64,000 nt of DNA. Source: Macrostomum lignano. Lineage: Eukaryota. The stretch is from the NCBI GenBank assembly GCA_002269645.1, contig NIVC01000788.1, positions 186,001 through 250,000 of the forward strand, given 5' to 3'. Within the stretch, counting starts at the first letter, position 1, and each line of letters opens with the position of its first letter. The notes under the pieces are model-generated. The model saw nothing but the letters and a program-made list of their open reading frames with translations, was not told where the DNA came from and did not search any database. Shown here one piece after another: positions 25,401 to 37,400 of the stretch. The position numbers and the translations under genes are program-made.

Positions 25401-28400
25401 GCTATATTATAAATTATTTCTTATTAACGATTAACAGAGCGAAAAACAATTGAAGTTAATTCGCTTAAAAAATCACTTTCAATACGAAAATCGTTAGTGT
25501 ACTTTTATATAAAAGTACATGTTAAAGACAGTAGCCTCCGGGTAATGTAATAATGAGACTAACGAATTACTCTGTCTCCAACACCTAATCAGGTTAGACT
25601 GGCAGATCTTCTCTCCACATTTCTTCAGCTGAATTCGTACATTAAAACTATCGAAAAAATTGATTATTACTGAATTGAACAGATTATTTGAAGAGCAAAA
25701 CTCTCAGTAAGATCTCAGTTTCTGTTAATCAAGCAATAAAAATAATGTAATTATTAATAACGCAAATCGAACCTATATTACCAATCGGTTTTATAGCAAC
25801 ACTTCAAAGCGCTAGTAAAGTTTTTTTATTTAAAAAGTACCTCCTTAGCCGCCGAGTGACTGCCCGCCGCGGTTCGAGGGCCGCCGGGCCGCCCGGCAGG
25901 GTGGGACACCAGCCTCAGCGTCACCCTGCCGCGCAAGTCCATCTGGACGTGTGATGTTCATCCGGCCGAGATGAGAGCGGTAAATACGCTTACTTATAAA
26001 GTAACAATTCTAGTGAATAAAAGAACTAGGGATAGTAGCCCAGCGGTTATAGTGCCCGCTTTCCATTCATCTGGTCTGGATTTCAGGCGGGTTCGAATCT
26101 TTGCGGCCATTTAAAAAAATTTATCAGGGTTTTTCATAACAAAAAGCATTTCTAACTACTGCTAATAGCGTGCAACAATGCCGTTATAATTTGAAATTAT
26201 CAATTGATATTTGACAACGCTCAATTACTAAGCACTTCCCCGATATGTATCGAAAGATAGTATCGTGAATCAGAAAAACACACACCAGCATTCGTTGTAG
26301 AACTTCCACTGATTGGCCAATGACTGGTTCGCCATTGATTTCTCGAATCTCGTCGCCAACGTGCAGAGTGCCTGAGGAAAAATATGGCATATGTAAATAT
26401 GAATAACTTGGAAAAAGTACATTGATGACTACGAGCGTGTTTTGAGAATTATATGATCAAACTCACCTTGCCGGTGAATCATTCCACCGTGCATGATTCG
26501 GGCCACAATTATCTTGCCGTCCTCAGACATCTTCAGAGTGATTCCCTACAATTTATAACAAATTGATTTGTTATTGATAAGTCATTGGATGGATGGGTAA
26601 CGCTAAAGCTGAGCTCACCATAGGCTCGTTAGTATTCTTCTGAAACTGCACCAGGCGCACACGGGTCACATTGTCCATCTCAACCTCGGGAGGCTCCTCC
26701 GCGTCGCCGTTCAAATAGGACGACACTGGCGGCGGGGTCACTCTTATTGCCTGGTCGCTGTACACATCCTGGGCTAGCACGTCGTGCGCTTGCAGCAGGG
26801 CCTGCGGGTGGCAGTGGAGGGCTGTGTTCTATGCAGGGACTGCCTGTCCCACAGTGGGGCCGGGTCGGCCCTGAACTCAAAGGGGTTGCCAGCGGATGGT
26901 CTCGCTCAAAAAGCAGTTGGATATCCTCAAAAGAAGTCCAGTAAAAAAAGTTGCCAACACACAAGAGCCGAGAAAGCAGCCCTATCAAGCACCCACGGGA
27001 CCCGGAGAAATGAGCATATTCAACAAAAATCGATAATGAAATCGAGACCAATCAATCCATGCGAAGCCTAGTTGAGGCTTACCCACAGGACAATATCGTC
27101 TCGATGGCCGCACAGCATTTAATAAAAATGCGGAACGAAGACTTTCGGGGAGAGAGAGAGAGACAGGCAACTCAAATGTCTGAGTCCCCTGTAGCAGTGG
27201 TGTTAATAGCTGGGGAAATGTGCTGACAGCAAAGAGGGCAGGCGAGCAAAGTGGAAGCCAGTCGTAAATAGGCATAGCAAGACGGAGTTAAAGGGGGGAA
27301 GCGTAGATGAAGCATTAATTAGCCTATAGCGCTTGCACTTGCGCCGCCGCCGCTCCCACTCCATTGGGCAGCTGGGATTGGGGAAAATTACAGCTTGACA
27401 GACGGGCGGACAGACTCTGCGTGAGACAGCAGTATAGAGAGCCGATTTGGTAAAACAAAACTAACGGGATGCAAGCGGCACCTCCGGCGTGACTGTCCAT
27501 TTAATCCGAATGCCACAGTGTGAGGAAAATAAGCCGGATATTGCGGACAACCGGAGAAGCGAAGAGAGGAGGATTAGAGAGCGCGGGAGAGGCGGCTGAC
27601 ACCGATTTTAATTAGACTCGTGTAGATTTTCATTGCAGAGGTGGATTAGGATTACGAAAATACAAGCCGAGACAGCAATTAATATTTCGGCCAACACAGC
27701 AACTGGATGTGTTTTCTGAGATTCTCGGATAGTAGAGCAGCGTCTTAGGCGTAGACAGGGGGCTTCAGGGCGATTCTGGAGAGGATTCAGGGCGATTCTT
27801 GGGAGGATTCAGGGCGATTCTTCGGGAGGTTTCAGGGCGATTTTTAGTGAGGTTTCAGGGCGATTCTTGGGGAGGATTCAGGGCGATTCTTGGGGAGGTT
27901 TCATGGTGACTTTTAGTGAGGTTTCAGAGCGATTCTTGGGGAGGATTCAGGGCGATTCTTGGGGAGGTTTCATGGTGACTTTTAGGGAGGATTCAGGGCG
28001 ATTCTTCGGGAGGTTTCAGGGCGATTTTTAGTGAGGTTTCAGGGCGATTCTTGGGGAGGATTCAGGGCGATTCTTGGGGAGGTTTCATGGTGACTTTTAG
28101 TGAGGTTTCAGAGCGATTCTTGGGGAGGATTCAGGGCGATTCTTGGGGAGGTTTCATGGTGACTTTTAGTGAGGTTTCAGAGCGATTCTTGGGGAGGATT
28201 CAGGGCGATTCTGGGGAGGGTTCAGGGAGATTCTTGGGGAGGATTCAGGGCGATTCTGGGGAGGGTTCAGGGAGATTCTTGGGGAGGATTCAGGGCGATT
28301 CTGGGGAGGGTTCAGGGAGATTCTTGGGGAGGATTCAGGGCGATTCTGAGGAGGGTTCAGGGAGATTCTTGGGGAGGATTCAGGGCGATTCTGGGGAGGA

Positions 28401-31400
28401 TTCAGGGCGATTTTCGGAGAGTAACGAGACGTGTTCTTGAAGGCAAATCATGAAGCAGTGCTTTCAAAAGTGCAGACTGCTTCTGAGAACACAGGAGTGG
28501 TTAATGAAGTTAATGAATTGTGCACTACAAGCCCAAAACTCGTGCGCCCGAGCGAAACTCTGCAACGAGTAAAACACAGGCCTTACAGAGCAGTCCCAAA
28601 ATCTCCATAATTAATTCAACTACCCGTCTTGAAAGCGGGATAGCTAGTTGTTACACAGTGCGTGACCCGAACGCGCCACACAAGTCTAAAGCTAGTTTAA
28701 TTCCACCAGTGGCTAGGTTTGGCGAAATTGGTGTTTCTCGTTACCCTGCATCTATATATACTACTTAACTATATTTGCATATTCTAAAACTCGTTTAGCC
28801 TGCCTAGTACAACAAAACTATTAGATTTACCGGAATGAAACTCCTGAAAATCCAGCACCCGATTATATACCCCAGAGCAGCACCAGCACCCCATTATATA
28901 CCCCAGAGCAGCACCAGCACCCCATTATATACCCCAGAGCAGCACCAACACCCCATTATATACCCCAGAGCAGCACCAACACCCCATTATATACCCCAGA
29001 GCAGCACCAACACCCCATTATATACCCCAGAGCAGCACCAACACCCCATTATATACCCCAGAGCAGCACCAACACCCCATTATATACCCCAGAGCAGCAC
29101 CAACACCGCAGCACCAGCACCCCATTATATACCCCAGAGCAGCACCAACACCGCAGCACCAACACCCCATTATATACCCCAGAGCAGCACCAACACCGCA
29201 GCACCAACACCCCATTATATACCCCAGAGCAGCACCAACACCGCAGCACCAACACCCCATTATATACCCCAGAGCAGCACCAACACCGCAGCACCAGCAC
29301 CCCATTATATACCCCAGAGCAGCACCAACACCCCATTATATACCCCAGAGCAGCACCAACACCGCAGCACCAGCACCCCATTATATACCCCAGAGCAGCA
29401 CCAACACCGCAGCACCAGCACCCCATTATATACCCCAGAGCAGCACCAACACCGCAGCACCAACACCCCATTATATACCCCAGAGCAGCACCAACACCCC
29501 ATTATATACCCCAGAGCAGCACCAGCACCCCATTATATACCCCAGAGCAGCACCAACACCCCATTATATACCCCAGAGCAGCACCAGCACCCCATTATAT
29601 ACCCCAGAGCAGCACCAACACCGCAGCACCAACACCCCATTATATACCCAGAGCAGCACCAACACAAAACCACTCTTAAGCACTTTAATTACCAGAAAAT
29701 GCGAACTCACGGAGATCTTGCGACGCCCTGAAGTCCAAACAAGAGCGCACAGCTGAGCAGAGCTGATGAGGAGAAACTACACCAGACACACACAGAGCTT
29801 GGATTCGATCACTGAGCAGCCAGTTATCCCATCTAACAGGGAGGGGGAACTGCTGGAGGACAGCGCGTCCTCCCCTAACCGGGTTTGCAACCTCAAACAG
29901 CCAATTGCTGCTGGGGCCGAAAAGTTTTCAGCTGCCCTCCCACCCTGACCTGGCCACCCCAACCCCGCTTCCATGTCGGAGGTTGCCACTTATTCACTTC
30001 CTATGCCGATCTTGGAGTGTGCAAGATCACGCACAGAGAGGCCTTGTACACACTGGCATGCGCCCTCGCGCTTTTAGCCTCATCAGCTGTAGTTTGGTTG
30101 GTGGGCACCGGCCGAGGACCCCAAGAGAATTTCAGCACACTTATTGTTAATAGTAGTTTAGAGTATGCATATATGATTTGCTGTTTATAACTCACTCTGC
30201 CACTTACCCAGCAGTCCCGTACTTTATATTTCCCATTCCCCCCCCCCCCAGGGAGGTCACCAAGGGTCGGCGGCAGAGGGCGCCTGTTCAATCAACGAAC
30301 AGATCCGGAGCAATCAGACTCAACTACGGATGTTAAATAAAAACTTGAGGCAGAGATCTGACTAGAGATAATGGGGAAAGCCTAAGGGAATAGGAAGGGT
30401 TAGATTGGGTCCATTAGTTTAGTTTTAGAGCAATAATTTGCATATAGAGATAAAAAACGCGATCTACTACTGTCATGTGATGAACAGTAGTGTCGACTGC
30501 TTTTCAACTATTAAAAAAAGCTACGCAAATACTCGCACTTCAATGCTACGAGTACGGTAATTAGATGACCGAGGAACAGTAAGTTATTTGATGACTGAGG
30601 GACAGTGGGTCATTTGATGACTGAGGGACAGCGGGTAATTAGATGACTGAGGGACAGTGGGTCATTTGATGACTGAGACGGTAGTTCATTAGATGACTGA
30701 GACGGTATTTCATTTGATGACTGAGGGACAGCGGGTCATTTGATGACTGAGAGCCAGCGGGTCATTTGATGACTGAGAGACAGTGGGTCATTTGATGACT
30801 GAGGGACAGCGGGTCATTTGATGACTGAGAGACAGTGGGTCATTTGATGACTGAGGGACAGCGGGTCATTTGATGACTGAGAGACAGTGGGTCATTTGAT
30901 GACTGAGAGACAGTGGGTCATTTGATGACTGAGAGACAGTGGGTCATTTGATGACTGAGAGACAGTGGGTCATTTGATGACTGAGAGACAGTGGGTCATT
31001 TGATGACTGAGGGACAGTGGGTCATTTGATGACTGAGACGGTAGTTCATTAGATGACTTAGATAGTAGGCCATTTGATGACTGAGACGGTATTTCATTTG
31101 ATGACTGAGAGACAGTGGGTCATTTGATGACTGAGAGACAGTGGGTCATTTGATGACTGAGGGACAGCGGGTCATTTGATGACTGAGGGACAGCGGGTCA
31201 TTTGATGACTGAGAGACAGCGGGTCATTTGATGACTGAGGGACAGCGGGTCATTTGATGACTGAGAGACAGTGGGTCATTTGATGACTGAGAGACAGTGG
31301 GTCATTTGATGACTGAGAGACAGCGGGTCATTTGATGACTGAGAGACAGCGGGTCATTTGATGACTGAGGGACAGCGGGTCATTTGATGACTGAGAGACA

Positions 31401-34400
31401 GCGGGTCATTCAGTGGGTCAACATGGATGACTCACTGGTGATGAAGATGAGAGGCGGATACGAGACTCGGGCAGAGATGAACTGAGACTCTCACCCTGAG
31501 ATGCGGCCCATTGAGCAGCTGGCGCAGCTGCAGGCAGTCTGCTACATAATCTTTGTCGTGGCACTCGGCCAGGCAGTCCAGGGCGTCTTGAGTTCGCGAC
31601 ACAGCGTCCGCCGGTATCTGGCCGCGTATGCTGGCGCCCAGGTTTCTGCTGTTGATCTGGTCGTAGAGCTGACAGGAAAGCGGGGGGGGGGGTGGCGTCT
31701 GTGTTTTAAAAGCACCATAGGAGATACGAGCGAGTATTGAAATACTCGTATTCCAAAATTAAAGTTGACAAGCAAGCGAGCAGACAAATATAATCGAGCT
31801 ATGACTAATTTGAGTTCAGTTTCAGGTCATAAATCAATTCATGCAGTTTACGTCAACGATAGTTATTTTAGCTATTAAATCAATTAAGTTTAAGCCAGTT
31901 CAGTTGAGATTAGTTTACTTCAGTTCACTTCATTTGAGTTCAGTTCAGTTCAGTTCAGTTTAGTTCAGTTCAGTTCAGTTCAGTTCAGTTCAGCTAAGCT
32001 CAGCTTTCTGTTCAGCCCATCAGCTCACGAACGCAAAAGAATGAAAAATAGAAATAAAGAAATAAAAGGGTACAATGCTGTGCATACTCCCTCATTCCCG
32101 CATTCTGAAGAAATCAAAGCAAGTCATATTTCAAGTCAAGCACTCGTGCTACTGGGTGCTAATCCAGCTGTATTTATTTATAAACTCAGCTGTGAATCTT
32201 AATAACAGAAAATATCTAAAACACACAAACACATACGCGCAAAGATTGCATAACATAAATCACTAACAAAACTGTCCAGTTGGACTGACAGGATCCAGTT
32301 AAAATACAGTTAGCTTAATTTATTATGAAACACCCAGGTCACTAGAATCCACCCCAAACCCTAGCAGCGTACAGTCGCGCGCAGCCCTAACACCAATTTC
32401 AAGATATATTTGTTTGTTAGAAAACGCAAACTAATGATTAACGATTTCCTAAAGCCTGCTCTTCTCCGACTTGAGCCCTCGTGCCTGAGGGGAGGTCAAA
32501 TTTTAGTTGAGGAAAAAAACTCCGACTAATGATGCTGAGCAAAAACTGTTTGAGCAGTCAAAGTCCGTGACAGTCGGAGGCACCAGCGGAATAGGCCTCA
32601 TTATCAGCAATAAAAAATCTCGTTTGCGAAAACTTTTTAATGACAAAGAAGAATTTGCTGTTCCTGAAGGCTTTCGAGTTTAAATTTTTTTTGCTGTTCA
32701 AAAGCCTCACTCAACGAATCAAAGAGTCGAGTTTGGTCAGGAGTGCCAAGATTGATGTCAGCAGCAATAAGATTGGTGTCAGGAGCACAAATATTGGTGT
32801 CAAGAGTGCCAAGATTGGTCGTCAGGAGTGCCAAGATTGGTTGTCAGGAGTACCAAGATTAGTTGTCAGGAGCACCAAGATTGGTTATCAGAAGCACCAA
32901 GATTGGATGTCAGGAGCATCAAGATTGGTTATGAGGAGGAGCACCAAGATTGGTTATCAGGAGTGGCAAGAGTGGTGTCAGGAGCACCAAGATTGGTTAT
33001 CAGGAGTGGCAAGAGTGGTGTCAGGAGCACCAAGATTGGTTATCAGGAGTGGCAAGAGTGGTGTCAGGAGCACCAAGATTGGTTATCAGGAGTGGCAAGA
33101 GTGGTGTCAGGAGCACCAAGATTGGTTGTCAGGAGCACCAAGATTGGTTATGAGGAGCACCAAGATTGGTTATCAGGAGTGGCAAGAGTGGTGTCAGGAG
33201 CACCAAGATTGGATGTCAGGAGCACCAAGATTGGTTATGAGGAGCACCAAAATTGGTTATCAGGAGTGGCAAGAGTGGTGTCAGGAGCACCAAGATTGGT
33301 TGTCAGGAGTGGCAAGAGTGGTGTCAGGAGCACCAAGATTGGTTGTCGGGAGTGGCAAGAGTGGTGTCAGGAGCACCAAGATTGGTTGTCAGGAGCACCA
33401 AGATTGGATGTCAGGAGCACCAAGATTGGTTTCAGGAGTGGCAAGAGTGGTGTCAGGAGCACCAAGTGTGGTGTCAGGAGCATCAAGATTGGTGTCAGGA
33501 GTGCGAAGCAAGGTTGGTTGATGGGATTGCCAAGATTGGTTGCCAGTGGCGCAGAAAGAGGCACCCAAAGCAAAATCTGGGCCTCAATGAGCTTAAATCT
33601 TTGAGCCGCTGAGGGGGCCTTAGATTTGATATGATTTATATCCATTTTTGCGCGCTCCGATGCGGAAAAACATCCCACTAATATTTTCTATCATCGTCGG
33701 TTCGCTGAAAAACCGTCTTTCCCAAACGATATCGTTTCCATAGCAACGAATAAAAAGTACGCGCGCAAGCACAGAAGCGTATGGGAGAAGCCTAGGAAAT
33801 CCAGTATCTGGTGGCATCGAATCGCGTGACACTCAGCTTCTGAAAACTATAAAGTTATCTACATCACAAAACTACCCCCGCTCCAAAATCCCATAAATTA
33901 GCGAATTTTTTCAGCATCCAGATAATCTGAGCCAATCCGATAAGGCGCATTTATTAGCAAAGCTTTTTTGCACACATTGCAAAACAAAAATTGATTTTTT
34001 TCTCCCCGATTTGCTTGCCGTGCGTTTTTTTTGAGTAGCCAGCACGCCACGCGTCCAATTGATGATGAAGAAGGAGTGTAGAGAAGTCGATTTAAAACAC
34101 GCAATGCAGCTCAATATGCCGGATGCTTGAAGAAGTTTTTGCTCGGACTTCTATGCTGGGCAAAATATAATAATAATAATTATTATTATCAGTATTATAT
34201 AAGTGCTAAGCTCCCGTCGTGAGCTGGGAACTATTCGTGCTTGATTAGAATCCCTCTTTGTGACCACACCAGCGCATCTCTCCTCTCTCCAGTTTAGGCG
34301 CACTTATTAAAAGAAGATTGCAAAGACAGAGTCGCCAGTCAGTTTCATTCGGGGCTGGGAAATACGAAGGCGGGAAGCAATGGGAATTGAAGGTCAACGC

Positions 34401-37400
34401 TAGTTTAACACGCGGGGCCGATGCTTGGGCGGCGCTGGTTTTCAAACCGAACCCAAGCCCAATGAGCCCTCTGGGAATTGAAGCTGGGAAGCTGGGAAAA
34501 GTAGACAGAGATGAGGGGGGCAGAGGGGCAAATTATGAGACTCTCATAATTCATTAGCTGGCAAAAAGGAAAGGCAAAGAAGGGAAGCTACAAGAAGCAG
34601 TAGAAGGCTTGACCAGGTCGAGGACAGGGTCGGGAGGGAGAGCACAGCACATAAGAAGAGGAGGAGCTCTAAGAGGGCAGGGGAGAGCGCTGAGGTGGGC
34701 ACTAGGAGACAATTTTGGGCTGTCCTGGCAGCAGAATTTCAAATTCCAATCCGCTGCAGAGCATCTCTCCTTCTTTCCACTCCCCTCTGCAGTGCCCCTT
34801 CTCGGTTCTGCACCCTCCGCAAGGAGCCCCGCCACCATCAGCGCACGCTCGTTTGCTCGCTCGCTCGCCAAAAAAAGAACTCGTCGCCTCTTCTAGCGGC
34901 GCCGAGCTCCCCAAAGTCCCAGCTAATTAGGGGCGGATGGGGAGGTGAGGAGAGAGAGGGCTGGGTGGCAGGAGAGGCAGCAGAGGTTGGCCATGTACTT
35001 GAGCTGATTACAGCGAGTTCCTTTAGACTAATAATACTCTGATTTCCCAGTAGTCTCTAACTCTACCCACTGCGGTTGACCCACCGCTTGGTCGGGTATC
35101 TCATCATAGTCAGTTATATTCCTGTCAGATCCCTACATCTGAAGATCCCAGATCCCTAAAACTAAAGATCCCAGATCCCACAACTAAAGATCCCAGATTC
35201 CTACAACTAATGAGCCCAGATCCCTACATCTGAAGATCCCATATCCCTACAACTAAAAATCCCATATCCCTGCAACTAACGAGCTCAGATACCTACAACC
35301 AATGAGCCCAGATCCCTACTAATGAGCCCAGAACCCTACTAATGAGCCCAGATCCCTAAAACTAATGAGCCCAGATACCTGAAAATAAAGATCTCAGATC
35401 CCTAAAACTAAATATCCCAGATCCCTACAACTAATGAGCCCAGATCCCTACATCTGAAGATCCCATATCCCTACAACTAAATATCCCAGATCCCTACAAC
35501 TAATGAGCCCAGATCCCTACATCTGAAGATCCCATATCCCTACAACTAAAGATCCCAGATCCCTACAACTAATGAGCCCAGATCCCTACATCTGAAGATC
35601 CCATATCCCTATAACTAAAGAGCCCAGATCCCTACATCTGAAGATCCCATATCCCTACAACTAAAGATCCCAGATCCCTACAACTAATGAGCCCAGATCC
35701 CTACATCTGAAGATCCCACATCCCTACAACTAAAGATCCCAGATCCCTACAACTAATGAGCCCAGATACCTGAAAATAAAGATCCCAGATCCCTAAAACT
35801 AAATATCCCAGATGCCTACAACTAATTAGCCCTGATCCCTGAAAATAAAGATTCCAGATCCCTTCAACTAAAGATCCCAGATCCCTACAAGACAATAAAT
35901 GGCGTTATTTATTATTCATCGAGACATAGAAAGACTTTAGAGGAGAATTTGAACTGGAAAAGCAAACAGCGCTGCAGCTGCAGCAGGTGACTGTAAGCAA
36001 ACAAGACAGGGAATCCCACTTCCCAATCCAAATTAGCACCATCCTTTCAAAAAGTGAAATGGAAAATTTCGAGAAGAACACTAAGACGAACCAAAGAAAA
36101 AAGGCAAACAGTGGACGATGCAAGGATGCGCGAGTAAAACAGGGAAATAGGATATAGGAAGGGCATATCCAGTGCAGACAGTCAATGGGAAGCCATCTGG
36201 ACCGGGTAATCAACGTTTCTCCCTGGAGGTTTCGGTTTTTTTACGGAACTCTTCACTTCAGGTCTGGTCCTCTACACCTCTCTGCAATTTGTCTCAAGCA
36301 AATATAATAGACAAGCGGCACTTACTGTTGAATATGATTAAAAAGATAAATATGAATATGCTGTGGGCACCCTGGCGCAACCAAGTGGTCTAGCGCGGCG
36401 CTTTAATGTGCCAGCGGCCCGATTCCAAGTGCAGTCGCTTTAATTCAGGGCTAAATTGGAATCTCGGCTTGGCTCTGCTCGTGCAGCTAACGCCCTTGAG
36501 GGCCAACCCCATAAAAGCAAAGTGAAGTGTACATGTTTAACGATAAATAAAGTTAGGACCGTTGTACACTCCTGTGTGAGTGTGTGCCTGTGCGTATGAC
36601 TGCGTACGTATCCGCGCGCTTGTGTGCCTGCTCAGGGAAGTCGGCGGAATGGTTGGACTATATTTCTATTACATACACATATGGTACATTCACGCCCTCG
36701 AAGGTCAACCTCCAAAGCACACAGAGAGTGCCTGACTAGGAGACAGTCAGGGCCGCTGTACACCCTGTGTGAGCGTGCGTGCTCAGGGGTCAGTGTGGCA
36801 TATCTACAATTTTTCCTTCTCTCCAACTCCGAGTCGATTTGCGGCGGCTTTGAAAAATACGATCCCCTTTTCTCACTGTGCGACAAACTAACCGATGAAT
36901 AAGTAACTATTCGAACTTCAAACTGCCACTAAGAGATTAAACATCACAGGCTGAGGGGCCAACACAATATGAGTCATCAATCATTATAGGATTACAGATG
37001 CGACTGTGATTGGAATATAAGGATCGCGTGTGTAGCAGCTGACTTTGATGAAGTAGCAGCTATAGCACTGGGGCTATTGGCCTGCCTAAGTTAACACAGC
37101 CGCCTATCGATAATAGTATAGAATTATCGCTGTGTGATTGCAAGCTTGCACTCAATTACATGTAGGGAGCGCCTCTGTGCCTGCCACTCTGAGCAATGTA
37201 GAGTTTACATGAAAATATAGTGGGATTATGGAATTGATTATCAATATACGGTAACTTATGGGATTATGAACTGTACCGATTGGGATTGTGAATTGAACCG
37301 ATTGGGATTATGAAATGAACGGATTAGGATTATGAATGAAACCGATTGGGATTATGAATAGAAACGATTAGGATTATGAATGGAACCGATTGGGATTATG

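Noticed and set aside
26029-26110. tRNA gene (also the SINE heads near 39870-39934 and 36365-36435)
   Set aside because: A and B boxes are present, but the acceptor, T and anticodon stems do not pair.
30560-31410. Hammerhead-like or AP-1-like tgatgactga motif in the 26-bp array
   Set aside because: The core is TTGATGA rather than CTGATGA with no GAAA partner or stems, and TGACTGA is not the AP-1 consensus.
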